NCBI GenBank assembly: GCA_023920165.1
Contig: CP089274.1
Coordinates: 4,836,001-4,900,000 of the forward strand
Reading direction: 5' to 3'
Origin: Curvularia clavata
Taxonomy: Eukaryota
DNA: 64,000 bases
The first letter of the stretch is position 1; each line of letters opens with the position of its first letter. Positions 1 to 13,900 of the stretch are shown in pieces. The position numbers and the translations under genes were made by a program. The notes beneath the pieces were generated by a model that saw nothing but the letters and a program-made list of their open reading frames with translations, was not told the DNA's origin and searched no databases.

Positions 1-1558
1 AAGCGTTCGAGAAAAGCAAATCAATGACCACAGGGTCACTGGAGCAAGCTCTGCAACCCAACGGCGCAGTAAATCTTCAACCACTTGGTGGAATCGTCTT
101 GACGGCAGCGATGTTCGGCCGGAACCTACTCCATCTCCACCGGCCTGGTCCCGATGATAGAGACGACGATATCAATGGCGGGTACTGGAGCCGACATCGC
201 GAAATTGAGAAAGTTTTGCTCCAGACATCTTTGGGCCTACCCGATCATATGCGGCTGCCGGCAGGTGTCGCAGATCCCAATGTCGTGTTCACAAACATGT
301 GCATCCATACCTCGTCAATATGTCTCCACCAAGCAGCAATCTTCAAAGTGGACAAGCACCGATTGCCAGCGTACATCAGCAATGAGAGCAAGATCAGATG
401 TGTGACAGCAGCAGCAGAAATTGCCAGCCTCATGCGGATGATTAGTCACATGGATCTTTCTGCAGTAAGCCCTGGCTTTATAAGAACAGCAATCGAACCA
501 AGCTGACTTTGACCAGATGAACCCATTCATATCCTTTTGTGTCTACGTGGCGGCAAGAGTGTTTGTCCAGTACCTCAAGACCCGACCAACTGATCAGCAG
601 ATGACCGCTTCACTGGAGTTTCTCCTGCAAGCCATGCAGGCCATTCGTCGGAAGAATCGACTCACAGAGTCCTTCTTGGTCCAAATAGACCTTGATCTGC
701 AAGGTGCTGGCCTTGAGGGTATCCAACAGAGGGCGTATGCACGATATACTAGTAAAGTAAGTCTCAGCATATAACTACCAGTGACTGGAGAGGGCTGACA
801 GTTCTTGCTTGTAGCCTACCGACACTCCCGAAACTCCTGACAGCTGGAGATGTGCTCCCATAGTGAATATTAGCGAACAGCAAAACCAAGCCGAACCTAG
901 TGATGCAATTAGAAACGGCAACCAGATGGCTGAATCTTCGACACACAACACACAGTATGCAATCAAGGGACCAGGTCCACCATTTCATATGAGCGATATC
1001 AACAGCCTCGACCTGCACATACAGGCTACAAGTTACATGGCGTCTCAGGTGCCACCGCAAGGAAGCCAGCCAACTATAGGACCTCGTGACTTGATGCCCG
1101 GTGGAGTTTCAGTCCAAGACGGGAATGAAATGGACCTCTCTGGGGGCGAGAGAAGCGTTGATTACGGCAGTCCTGCAACCATAAGCTCACAATCACGCGG
1201 TGGGTCAACATCGCAATCTTCATACTCGCCTGGCCGACGAAATGAGATCCACATTCCGTATCGAGCATCGCCTAAAACACCATTTGCTACCTTGTCGTCT
1301 GGCGGAGCCACTGTCTTGCCAAAATCGGTGTCCTTTGACGCCATCAACTTTGATAGTACAAGCAGTATGGGGAATGCCGGTTTTAACGAGAATCTAGTCA
1401 TGAGCAACGAGTGGGACTACGCAGCGCTCAACACCGAGACAGGTTTGCCGGCGATGACTGACGCTTCCTGGGACGCCATGCTAGAAAGTGTAACAATGGG
1501 ATGGGACTCGGGCAACCAGATGCAAGGCGGCCAAGCAGATATGTTTGGTGCAGGATGA
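1..1558 (+). CDS. Fungal-specific transcription factor (middle-homology region plus low-complexity C-terminus), 5' end outside the window
   Basis: ORFs 24-506, 517-774 and 863-1558 join through GTAAGC..CAG (466-516) and GTAAGT..TAG (~758-814) introns. Motifs 'NMCIHTSSICLHQAA' and 'NPFISFCVYVAARVFVQYLK' are typical of Zn2Cys6-family regulators. Confidence 0.7.
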
Positions 1559-2282
1559 AGATCTTTGCGAACTGGAGATGGAATATGACGACTCGATGCT
1601 ATTGCTACAAAACACGATACCCGCTCTCGCTTTAATGTATGTTTTGAAGGTTGGCTGGCAGGACCCCTGCGGACTAGATTTTTAATATGTATGTACACCG
1701 GCTCCAGAGGCCGATTTTGAGTTTGTGTTGGGACGATCTTCACTCAATATTACCTCATGATCTGTAGGTAGGAACACGAAACGTTTCTTAGATGCATGGC
1801 TTGAACGGTACATCGTAGCGAGTTGTGAGCATTAAATCAAGGCTAGTGCTTCGACACCACCAAGTCCGGGTTCAATAGCGCGAACACATGGCTAACATAA
1901 GTCACGACCCACCGGACTAACATATATCGCTTTGTATTATAGTCGCTGTGTGGACAGCATTTGGAGAATAGAGACCCTGGAGATCTGGGGATCATGCGGC
2001 TGAGACAGGGATGCAGTGTGCAGTGTGCAGGGGGCGAAGGCGGTCAGGACGTCACAGGCTCAGTTGCCATGGGAAACGAACGAATAGCAACAAGCTACGG
2101 GCAGTACCTCGACCGCGCCCCCACCGCCTGTCTGTAGCTTTGGCTCGTATATCTACTATCTTTCGACTCTTTGAGACTTGTTCATTTCACTGTTAGCCTA
2201 TTTATCAACATACTGTCACGCTTGCGTACTTGTGCTGTTACGTTTCACACGACACAAACAGAACAGTAAACATCAGCGCCTG

Positions 2283-5200
2283 ATGTTTGCGTCCAAGGAA
2301 AGAGAGGGTGCTGCGTCGCCAGGGCCTGGAGCCTATTATTCGCAGTCCCAAATGAGTAGGTAGCACGTAGTAGGTTGCGTGGTTGTTGATATACTGATGA
2401 TAAACGGTAGAAAACTACCTACAAGATCTTCGCACAAACCGCCCCGCCCGTCCGACTGGAGCCCGTCCTGCGCCTGCACATTTCAATACATGGTCGAACA
2501 GGTCATCCAACCGGAACTCTGACTCTTCTATCGCTGCTTTGCAACGAACCTTCACAGACCCTGCTGTGGATGCCGAGGCCCAAGCCTCTGCCTCCCAGGA
2601 CCCAAAGTCGCACACCCGGACAACACCCCGGACGAGTCTGGAAATGGCTGGAGGACCTGGACGGCCACTTGTACAAGCGCCGCGTGGAAGGGATGCGAGC
2701 CGATCTTCTTCACATACGCGCACACCAAGCATGATTTACCGAGAGCGTCAGGAGCGACAGGCAGAGCAGGATGAAGCCCGAGCTATACGTGCGGCTATGG
2801 AGGATCTAGAGCTTGCAAAGGAGGGTAAGATATACGAGGCAGCACGAGATGAAGCTGCCGAGCTGGTCTGGAAGCACCGCAATCCGAACGCAGCGGAGAA
2901 CAATCCGCATAAACCGTACTCATACCCGGGTCTGGCCAGGAAGGGCAGCACGCAGAGGAGTCGGAGTGTCGAGCCTAAAGACCAGGACCTGCAGCGAGCC
3001 AATTCTAAGCTTCGGAAGCGACATTCCATGGGTAGTGCTACCTCAGGAGGAAGCAGGAGTAGCAGCTTACAGAGCAATCCACCTGGCGAAAACAAGGTTA
3101 CACCTGCCGCTGGAAATGAGGCGTCGAGCACTTCGCCTACCAAAGATTGCTTTGACCTCAAGAACAAGAAATACGAATCGCCAGCGTTAGCCAAAGCGAT
3201 CTCGGATCTGCCAGACTTCAAGCAACGGCGAAGAAGCAGTGGCTCGCGCCGTACAGCCAGTGGAAGCCTCTTCCAGAACCCCAACGATCAAATTTATGAA
3301 GAGCCTGAAGAGGAACAACCTGCTGCTCCCGTGTCTGCACCTGCTGCAGAACAAGCGAAAACCGAGAAGCTGCCATTGGGTGTAAGACGCAACCCTTTTA
3401 TGCGATTCCAGTCCATCAAGAGCAATCCGTTGGTGCGCTCAAGCACCGATCCTACCGTGACCTCGAAGCGATTCGATCGCTACGAGATACAGAAAAATCC
3501 CCCAAGTCAGTCGCGGAACGCCGGCTATACGTTGAACGCTAGCATATCAAAGCCATCTGAGAAGGACAAGGCAAATGCGGAAAACGAGCCCGAGTTGAAG
3601 ATGAAGGACGGTAAAGAGATCCGAAGTGAGGAGCTGCGTGCTGCTACTGGGTTTCGCCTCAAGGATCGTAGTCCAAAGCTTCCCACGCCTACTGCCGTCT
3701 CTGATGCTCCAGGACGGCCAATCGTGTCTTTCAAAAAGGATTGGAATGTCGTCAAGCTGGAAGAAGTGATTTCGCCCGCTGCTGATCCAGCACCACGTCC
3801 CTTGGAGCAAGCAAAATCTGGCCCACCTCCTCTCGTGCACGCTGCAACGACCCCTGACGTTCCCACCATAAGTCTAGCACCGGAAGTGCCTCAAAGAAGC
3901 ACCACACCAAGGCCCCCTTCAGTCCCTGAGATTAAGGCTCCTGAGCCTACTAGCGCCCTGGCACCTGAGATCCCAAAGCGAAGCACTACTCCAATACCAC
4001 CAGAAGTTCCAGAGATTAGTGTTTCTGCTAACCACTTACCTCCATCGCTGCGGGCTGGTAACGCTGGAAAGCCTGCTATCAATGTCCGAGAAGATCTTCC
4101 AGCGCCAGCGAGACCTCTTCCATTGACAAGCTCGTTGAGAAAAGCTCAAATCCCAACACGTCCTTCTGTAGCACCTATACCTACGATCAATGTCCGCGAT
4201 TCCTCTCCTGCGCACTCAAGGACTACATCAGTGCCAACCATTTCGGTCTCAGAAACACCATCAGGCTCCATGAATGGCTCATCTGGTCGAAGCTACCACA
4301 GACCCACGGCTAGCGCTGCATCGCCTATCCCCAGTATATCGGTCAGCCCTTCACCGGCTTTTGGAAGGGGTTCGACACAGTCCTCGAGAAACGTAACACC
4401 TGAAATTCCGTCAATATCAGTCAGTGAATCTCCAGCTCCCAGGCGAGGTAATGCGCCGCCTATCCCAAGCATATCAGTCAGTGAGTCTCCCGCTCCTAGG
4501 CGAGGTACTGCACCATCGATTCCAAGCATATCAGTGAGCGAAACCCCTGCACCAAGAAGAGGGTCTACTGTGCCCTCTGTCGATGTTACTCCAGATATTC
4601 CAGTGATATCTGTCAATGAGTCTCCAGCACCCGCTCGAGGACGGCACAGCAACGTTCCTTCAATCTCTGTTAATTCATCGGTGCCTTCGATCAGCGTGAA
4701 CGCGCCAAAGGGCTTCGGACCCGCAGCTTCGACAAGACCTCTGCCAGTACCGGGTGCTCAGAACAAATCACACGGCTACAATGGCACCAGTTCACCTCGC
4801 ACTCACTGGACGCCAACCACCGTGCGCACAGGTGCCCTTTGCACTCAATGTGCCCTACCAATTGCGGGCCGCATAGTCTCGGCAGCAGGCTCTCGCTTCC
4901 ACCCTGAATGCTTCTCATGTTACCAGTGTGGTGAGCACCTCGAATGTGTCGCCTTCTATCCCGAACCCGCGAACAAGCACGCCGAGCGCGTTGAGCGCAT
5001 TCGCGCCCGTCTCTCGGGTCAAGATATCCCTTTCCTTCCCTCGCACCCCACAGCCGAAGACATGGCTCGTCTAGAGCAAGAAGATGGCACTGATGAGTCC
5101 GCTCGCTTCTACTGCCACCTTGACTTCCACGAGCTCTTCTCTCCACGATGCAAGAGCTGCAAGACGCCCATCGAAGGCGAAGTCATCGTTGCATGCGGTG

Positions 5201-5561
5201 CTGAGTGGCACGCCGGCCACTTCTTCTGCGCCCAATGCGGTGATCCGTTCGATAGCACGACGCCCTTTGTGGAGAAAGATGGATACGCGTGGTGTGTCAA
5301 CTGTCACACGCATCGGTACAGTACAAAGTGCAAGGGTTGCAGGAAGCCAGTGACGGATACTGTCGTCAAGGCTCTGGGATCAGAGTGGCACGTTGGGTGC
5401 TTCGTCTGTGTGGTAAGTTTCCTCTCCTGTACACGATGAAGGCAACACTAACACAAACACAGGTTTGCTCCGGTCCGTTTGAAGACGGAAGGTACTTTCT
5501 CCGCGGCGACACCCAAGATCCGGTCTGCGTGAGGTGTGAAGAGAGGAGACTCAAGGCTTAG
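2283..5561 (+). CDS. Paxillin-like LIM-domain protein (three C-terminal LIM domains, long Pro/Ser-rich N-terminus)
   Basis: LIM signatures CTQCALPI..FHPECFSCYQC, CKSCKTPI..WHAGHFFCAQC and CKGCRKPV..WHVGCFVCV|VC..CVRC. Introns 2356-2410 and 5413-5463. Confidence 0.85.
4405..4563 (+). repeat. Coding tandem repeat, 57-bp (19-aa) unit x3, IPSISVSE[ST]PAPRRG
   Basis: Copies start at about 4405, 4462 and 4519, with synonymous differences between them. Confidence 0.85.
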
Positions 5562-6921
5562 TTTGCTGCAAAAAGCAACGGTGAACGACATGTTGGAATG
5601 AAATATACAAACGCAAAGAAAAATTGTAACTCGAGCATACTTGTGTCTGTGGTGTTTTTGTGTCATTTGGCTGAGCGATTTGGGGACTATGAAGGCGCTG
5701 GAGTGGGCGTTTTAAGGCGTAGTTTGATATCGTTCTAGCCTTAATCTTCTTCGCTTTTTGACATAGGGCTTTTAATACAATGGATCAAGTACGTTTGAAA
5801 TGAGCTGTTCTGCTGCTGCTGTGACGCGTTTGTTTAAAAACATCATGAACCTGTTTCCTTAAGAATACTTTTGGGGTTTTCCTGAACCAGCAGCGGTCTT
5901 ATCTCGTCTGTCTTGATACTCTTTAATCGCAGTGGTGTAGCTAACTACAAGTAGGAGAATAGCACGTGAAAAAGATTGGTGTGGAGCCAGCCCACTGGGA
6001 GTCCTCTTCTATCTCTCTCACTCGCACACATATACCTCCGGGCCAACGTAACTCGCAAGACAGATATAAATATAGGTACATATAAGCGGGCAGATAAAAT
6101 CTTCATACAGCCTCCCTAAACCCATTCGACCACCTCCGTACTTTCTTCGGTTAATCTTCTACTTATTCTATATGCGGCGGAGGAACCATACATACATGCC
6201 TGAAATCAAGACTCAATACGTGGCAAAGAAATCAAGAAGACCGCCATAACTAGCCAAGCAAGAAAGAAAGAAACGAAAGTTCCTGAGGCAGAGAGGTCAT
6301 TTGAAAAGTAGCCAAGGCCAGTAACTATAACAGCGATAGTAAAGGAAATCTAGGTATCCTAACGAGAGTGAGATCGGATAGAATAGGAGAGATCGACGTG
6401 TTAGAGTGCGGCGGGAGCAAGAGAAACGTAGGAGAAAAAGAGAAGTAGAAAGGAAATCCTACAACTACAATGATACCCAGTTTCTAAAGGACGAGGGGAA
6501 AACATATATCTAGCCAGACTTCCCTTTTCACCAAACAAAAAAGAAGGAGTAGATAGACGAAGAAAGAAAAGTGTTTCTATCTCTCTGCATACCAGTCTCC
6601 GCATGCCCTCAGGAGGCGAATGACTTGGCTATGACACACCGCCAACGCTATTCTTGTAATACAAATTGTTGAAGAAAACAAAACAAAACAGGGAAGATGG
6701 TTTACCTGCCAGAAAAGCTTGAAGACAATCAAAAAGCCAAAATGAAGAAAGACGGCTAGAAAAGAAGAAACCCCACACCTTCCACCCCCCACTCGTTTTC
6801 CTTGCAAGAGAAAGAAAGAAGAAGCTTACTAGTACGTGGTCAAAAAAGATACCATATCACACACAAATCCCTTCTTTCTCCTCCCTCTTCTCCATCGCAA
6901 AAAACAAACAAACAAACTTTT

Positions 6922-9548
6922 TTACTCCCCTCCGTTCATCACCTCCCTAAAACGCTCCGGCGCCGGACTCGACTTCTTGACTGGCGGATCCAGTATCGTT
7001 GGACTCGACAGGGGCTCCAGACTTTTAATCGGTGGGAAAACCGGCGTATCGGACAAATGATGGCTATTTGACAGCGGTCGTACGCCATCATGTTTCGAGG
7101 GCGCTGGAATAGGGTCCGGAAGCATTTGCGCTGGCATTTGGGACGAGGGCGATGGAGCGATTCGCATGGGTGCTGGAGCCGGAGACGACATTGTTGCAGG
7201 GAGGGGGGCGGGAGACGAGTGTTTTGTTGGGGAGAAGGAAGGGCGGTGGGCGGATGAGGGAGGGAAAGAGGAGTGTGGGCTGTTGAAGTGAAAGTTTGCG
7301 GGGAGACCGTTGTTGGAGGGGCGTGGCGAGGCGGCTGGCGAGTGTTTTACGGGTGAGCCGCCGGCGGCTGAGGTGGGTCGGCTGAAGCTGCGGGCGTAGG
7401 ACGGTGCGGGTTGGGATGAGGCGAAGGGATTGGAACTGAAGGGGTTGGAGACGCTGAAGGAACTGTTGCCGTTTTGTGGTGGGTGCGACATGTGTGTGCT
7501 CTTTGTGGGACTGCTGGGTATCCGCTGTAGATTGTAAGGCGGAGGCGACGATCTGGGAGACGATGCACGAGGCCGTATTGGCGAGGACATGCTGCCATTT
7601 GCACCCTTGGTTGGCGATCCGTACGCCGCTTCAGATCTTTGAATACCAGGGGGTCCAAGGGCTTGACCTCGTGGAGATAAACTTGGACCATCAGCCCAAG
7701 GCTGAGCGGGGTGCATGGACGGCTGGTGGGCTTGTAGCGAAGGTATTTGGATCGAGCCAAGACCAGAAGATTTGACGCCGTTTGCCCGCACCTGGTCGTT
7801 GGAGGCGGGCGACTGCGATGTCAGGCGCAGTTTCAAAGACGGAGGTTTGGGTTGCTCTGCTTCTGCCTCCTTGCGCTTGCATGAAGTACAGATGAACACA
7901 AATTTGGGATCCTCAGCCTGCTCCTCTGTGATTCCATGGCATTTCATATGTTGCCAGACGTTGCACTTTTCGCAAGATATCTGGGGCGTATCGTCGTTCT
8001 GGTAGAATTAGCACCAATTGGGAGGAGTCGAGCCGGAGCACTTACCAGGTTAGACCCGTACTTGCCGCACTTCTCGCAGTCAAAGAACCAGTCTTCTTCT
8101 TCATTGAGCTTCTTGAGATCACTTTCATGTTTCTTCATCATAGCCTTTAGGTGCCGCTCTGATAACCTCGCGTTGTTCGAAGCCAGCTTCTGTTCGTTTT
8201 CTTGAAGTTTGCGGAGCTCCTCTTCTTTCAGAATCTTAGCAGCCTCTCGCTCCTTGAGACGCTGCTCTCGAGTCATCCTACGAGACTCCTGTGCTTCCTC
8301 GAGCTTCCTCTGCTTCTCTTGCTCTGCCTTGGCCATGGCCAGCTCCTCCTGCCTCTTTCTCTCGGCAGCCTCAGCCTCCTCCATCTCCTTTTGTTTCTCC
8401 AGACGCGACGAAATTCGGGACGAGCGTTTCGCCATAGCCAGCTTCTGCATGTTTTCCAATTCCTTCATCTTGCGAGCCTGTTTCCTCGCTTGCTCCGCAG
8501 CGAGGTTCTCCATTACGGGTATGACATCCTCTTGAAGGCGTTTGAACAAGACCTTCTCATTCGGATCACGACTCTTTCGGATACTGTTCATGTAGTCCTG
8601 GTAATCTTCCAAAGTGACGCAGACGCATTCCCATTTTCTACCTCCAAGGCCATCGTCGACTTGGTCGGGTTGTTCGCTTGCTGCTTCTCTATCTTCAGCA
8701 GTCTCGTCAGGTTCTGGTGTGGCTAACTTTTGTCGCTTGCTGGCTCGAGAGCCTTTCGATTTCCTTGGCTTTGGCTTGGACTTTGACTTGGTCGGTTCAG
8801 GGGGTGGTGGCGGTTCCGTCATTCGATACATGCGGTTATCGTCGAGGACGAAAATGGTTCTCTCTTGTGCGTCCCAGCCTGTAGGTTCCATGCGCTAGAG
8901 ACGAAGGTTAGCGGCAGCGCCGACAATTGATGTAGTGATGCTTACCCAGAGAGTCTGCTCGGCATCTGTTGCAGCCATCCTCTCCCTTATTGAGTTTGGG
9001 TTGTTAAGTGTCCATACGGATAATTGCTGCAGTACGCGTATCTTTGTAAAGACATCGAAGTCGTTGAATTTGAGGGGTTCCTCGTCTTCGCCGAAGGGAT
9101 TGCGGGTAGGCGCTTTTGCGACGTACTGGCGGCGTGCGTATTCGTCAAAAATTTCGAGTCTGACGCAGGGTTAGAGGCGACGGATATGCGCAATGGCAGA
9201 GACATACGTAAGGCCCTTGTGTGAAGACACATGCTTCAGTAGCGCTAGGCCAATCTGAGCAAGTTTCTCTGAGGGGGTGGGCTTGAGGCATTCGGACTCG
9301 AGTTCCTGGGAATGTGTCAGCAGGAGCTTGATTGGGCATGCGCCAGCGCAGTCTCAGTGAGGCCGGGCGCAAGTTGCTTGTACCTCGATGTCAAAGTCCT
9401 TGTCGATCTTGATGGCGTCGCCAAACAGACTAATGTACTGGGCCAGGTTGGCGAATTGCCACATGTCGCGCAGCTTCTGGAGTGTGCTCGGCTCCTTGAC
9501 AGGTGCCTCGACGTCCATTTCGTCGGCGGCGCGTTTTCGAGACGGCAT
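6922..9548 (-). CDS. WHIM1-type / PHD-finger chromatin-associated protein
   Basis: Multi-exon: MPSRKRAADEM..WQFANLAQYI.., a WHIM1-like segment (KFNDFDVFTKIRVLQQLSVWT), EPTGWDAQERTIFVLDDNRMYR, a coiled coil, and a PHD finger CEKC..CEKCNVWQHMKC..FICTSC split by an intron. Confidence 0.75.
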
Positions 9549-10981
9549 GGCTGCGGTGCCTCGCGTGCGGCGACGCGTGCGACTGAGGGTAGGGAGAGGG
9601 CGAGGGGGCGAGAGTCGTGGGTGAATATGGAATGTTTTCAGATAGGGATGGAGGGATATGGCTGTCGTTGGTTGTGGGTGGTTGCGCGGTCCAGGCTGTG
9701 ATGTGAATGCGGCTCTACTTTGGTGTAGAGAGTATGAAGTCGCGCGACGGGGAATCGGAGAGTACGCCTTACCGCTTTGGGCTCTCCCGCGGATCTCAGC
9801 GCCTTTAGGAGAAGCTTATCGAGCGGCAATGGGATGCGATCGACGACGACCTTTGCACTACTTGGCTGGAGAGACGAGATAGATGGGCTTCTCGAGAGTA
9901 GGTAGTTGTTAATGTTTTCACTAGATGACTGTACAAGGCTGGCATGGTACTCCTTCACCGTGGATTGGGCAGTTCCCACTAGGCCATTCAAAGTGCCGGA
10001 GGACGAGACCCCTATCGTAAACACGTCACAATACTGCGAGGGTTTTGGGCTTTGTTTGTCTCGCCCAGCCTGTATGAGATGATTGGATTTGGTGAAGGGG
10101 CAGAGTGGCTTGAGGGGTGGGCGAGGCGTGCCAGGAGCGGACCATCAAACATGGACGTCGGCACACGGAAGCGCCCACGACGAGCGTGTTGAGAGCGGGA
10201 CCATGGCCTGGGCAGATGATGACGGCAACGCGTTGAGTTGACCAAGCTGACGCAGTGGGCGCTGCTATTTGGAGCGCGCAGGGTGTGGACGGGGCCGCCA
10301 CGCAAGCGCTGGGCCACAGCAGTGTGGCTGGTGAGTGGGGCGGAGGCAGCTAAAGTAGGGGTTGAGCACACCCACTGGGCGGCGTAGTCAGCCGTAAGCC
10401 GTTTCGGAGTGGCCAAGGCCTGGTACGAGATTGCCGGACATCAGACGCTGGGCAGAGGGCGTGGCTTGGGGGCAGCAGACACAAGTACTTTACTTTGTAG
10501 ATATACACATGTCGTCGGGAAAGCAAATGCCCCGGGCACAGGGACCTGGCACGACGTTGGACTAAAAATACTACCTCTTCACCCCATCGGGTCCGTCCCA
10601 TCTCTGCTAAGACCGTTCCTGCCGAGTGCAGCCCTGGCCTAACCGTCTTCGCTGCGCTGCGCTGCCCATGCCTCGCATCCCTGCGCCCTGTGGCTCGCGG
10701 CTCACGGCTCACGGCTCAGGGCTGCGGGCGCCATCCCGCTCGCCGTCAACGACACGACTTGGACACTTTCCCACAACACCTACTCCTCGCGCCCTCGCAC
10801 CCTGCGCTGACTCTCGCATCCTGTCCACGCCCATCTTCGCCCTCGTCGCCCACCCCACGTTCGCTTATCGGCCCTCTGCATCCTACATGATTGCGCCAGA
10901 GCACCCGCTCCCACCACAGACAGACTGCTGAAGGCGGCGCTGATGCTGAGCTCCACGCCGTAACCCACACAGCACGCTCCA

Positions 10982-13900
10982 ATGTCCTACCCAGATCCCA
11001 ACCACGCCCAAAGACACGCCAACCAGCCTATACCTCTGCAAGACCTCAATCGCCCGCCCGATCAACACAACGACGATGCGCCGCCGCACCACCAGCACCG
11101 CCGCACCCTCAGCGACCGCGGGCGGAACCTCCTTAGAAACACGGGCGCCATAGCATCAGGTCACTTCCGAGACCCCCACTACTCTCCCATCGCCGACGCC
11201 TCCCCCAGCCCGACACGGCATGCGACCCGCCCGCAAATCGACACGGGCGTGGCATCCGCTCACCGTGGTATACGCAGAGTCGACGACGACGACGACCCTG
11301 GCTCGCCTCTGGATACTGGCGCATTCCAGGCTGCCATTGGCTTTGGTGTGAGCATGCAGTTCCAGGGCGAGACATCTCCACCTGTCCCTACATCGGGCCC
11401 GCAAATGTCATACGTGCCCTACGAGTCCGACTCATATCTCCAACGCGCAGCCTCAGAAGACCAGCCGGGCTACTTCTCGCCCACTTATGACGACACCGCC
11501 CGCCTCACCGATCCGCGCAACCTTCAGCCCATGAGCGGAGGCCCCGTCACTCCCTCCACTCCAACCGGGCAGGACCGATCGAGTTTCCAAAGCGTGCACT
11601 TTCTCAGTCCTGGAGACGCCGCGTTAGGCACCCGCCATGGCGACGACATCGGGCAGGCGGAGGCCGGCGTGGGCAATGTGAGAGAATCAAGAGGAAGGAG
11701 CCGGTCCCTTTCGCCGGGTCAATTTGGCTCACCGCTGCATCGGGCTGGCACCATTATGCGGAACATGTCCCAGCGTGTTGTCAACGTCACCAATGATTCA
11801 GAGGTTGCCGAGCGCACAATACGCAGGAAGTCGACAGTGCGCCATGCCCGTCTTCTCGAGCCTCCTCAATTCCCGGCCATGCCAGAATATGCCACGGATG
11901 GCCCTACCTCGCCTGTTCCCTCTACTCCAGTGGAGAAACCCCCTTCGCCCATTGCCTACCAGCGACAACCGAGCTGGCAACGGCCTCCCAATCCATTGCG
12001 CGGCAAGAGTCTCGGCATCTTCCCCCCTGACAGCAAGCTGAGGATGAAGCTGTGCGACCTCTTGGTACATCCCGTCATCGAGCCGCTTCTTCTCGTACTT
12101 ATCATCGTCCAAACGGTACTCCTAGCCGTTGATGCCCGCACAAAGGCCCATTACAACCCCGAGGCAAGAGATAGGTTCGCTACCTTCGGTCCTATTGACT
12201 TCGCTCTGCTGGGCCTTTTCATAGTATACACAATTGAAACAATTGTCCGCATCATCGTATCTGGCTTCATCATCAACCCCGTCGAGTACAGCACAATCAA
12301 CCGGCAAATAGGATTGAAAGAGGCTGTCTTGGCCAAAGCGGATCAGTTATTCAGTGGCTTCCAGCGACAGCCCTCCCAGAGAAAGAGCGGCATCAACGCT
12401 GTGCCTCCGCAGGAGCCTCAGCAGCCATCAGTACTTCGCTCCTTTACTACGGCACAAATGTACCCAGACCAAGGCCCCAGTGATCCGCGCCAGAAACAGC
12501 GTATTCGCTTAGCACACCGCGCCTACCTGCGACATTCCTTCAATCGCGCTGATTTCGTTGCCGTGACTTCGTATTGGATTGCCTTTGTTTTGGGTCTTTG
12601 GGAAATCAACAACAGTAGAGTGATTTTGGTATTCGAAATGTTGAGCTGCCTGCGAATCATTCGGCTTTTGAATCTTACTAGCGGTACTTCAGTAAGTTTG
12701 GAGTCGTCTTCTGCTGCTGATAATCATGCTCACAAGGCCAAAGGTCATTCTCCGCAGTTTGAAGAAAGCTGCGCCTCTGCTAGTCAACGTAGCCTTCTTG
12801 ATAGGCTTCTTCTGGCTCCTTTTCTCAATAGTAGGTGTCCAGAGCTTCAAGTCAAGTATGAGAAGAACTTGTGTGTGGCAAGATCCACAGGGCATACAAA
12901 ACTTTACCAATTCTGACCAGTTCTGCGGCGGACACTTGCTCGACATTCCTGGTATCCATCCAGCAGGCTACATACCCGCTCCAGGCAGGCCTAGTGGGCC
13001 GGCAAGCGGGAAAGGCTTTTTATGTCCAAAGGGCTCGCTCTGCATCGAGGGCACGAATCCAAGCGACGACACGCAAAGCTTCGACAATATCCTCCAGTCG
13101 CTCGAACTCGTCTTCGTCATCATGTCTTCCAATACCTGGTCCGGCTTGCTTTACACTGTGGCAGACACCGACTATCTGATTAGCGCCATTTTCTTCATTG
13201 TCGGAATCATCATCCTGAGTTTGTGGCTCATCTCATTGCTCATTGCAGTCATTACCTCCTCTTTCCAAATCATCCGCGAAGAAAGTAAGACCAGTGCCTT
13301 CACCGGAGAGGAGATCAAAGAAGAGCCCACCGATGATACCAATGAGAAACAACGCGTCCCCACCCTCAAACGTTTTTACGACAAAACCACATGGTTCTGG
13401 GTGGGCGTGATCGCGTTCGGCTTGGTTGCTCAAATGATGAGAAGTGCCTATATGAGTGACTTTCGCAGGTCTTTCATCGATACAGTAGAGCTGATTGTCA
13501 CTCTTATCCTCTTTGTGGAAATCCTCATCCGGCTTGTCGTCGATTGGAGGAATTTCTTCAGGAGCAAGCGGAACTTTACAGATCTTGTGATTGCCCTCGT
13601 CACAGTAATCATTCAGTTGCCGGCTATCAAAGCTGCTCATGACGGACAAGCCTACGCTTGGTTAACCGTCTTCCAAATCATCCGTGTTTATCGCGTCGTC
13701 CTGGCTGTACCCATGACGCGAGACCTCATTGTGAGTCCTGCCCCTAGCCCTCTCCAGAAGCCTAATTAACATGTCATCAGATGATTGTATTTGGAAACGC
13801 TGGTGGTCTGCTTAACCTTATTCTCTTCGTATTTCTTCTCACTTTTCTGGCATCCATCTTTGCTTCTCAGCTCTTCCGGGGTGAAATTCCAGAAGAGGAC

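Noticed and set aside
5990..6900. Purine-rich, TA-rich stretch between the LIM and PHD genes as a RIP-degraded transposon
   Set aside because: There is no recognisable TE protein or terminal repeat. It is compatible with convergent 3' UTRs.
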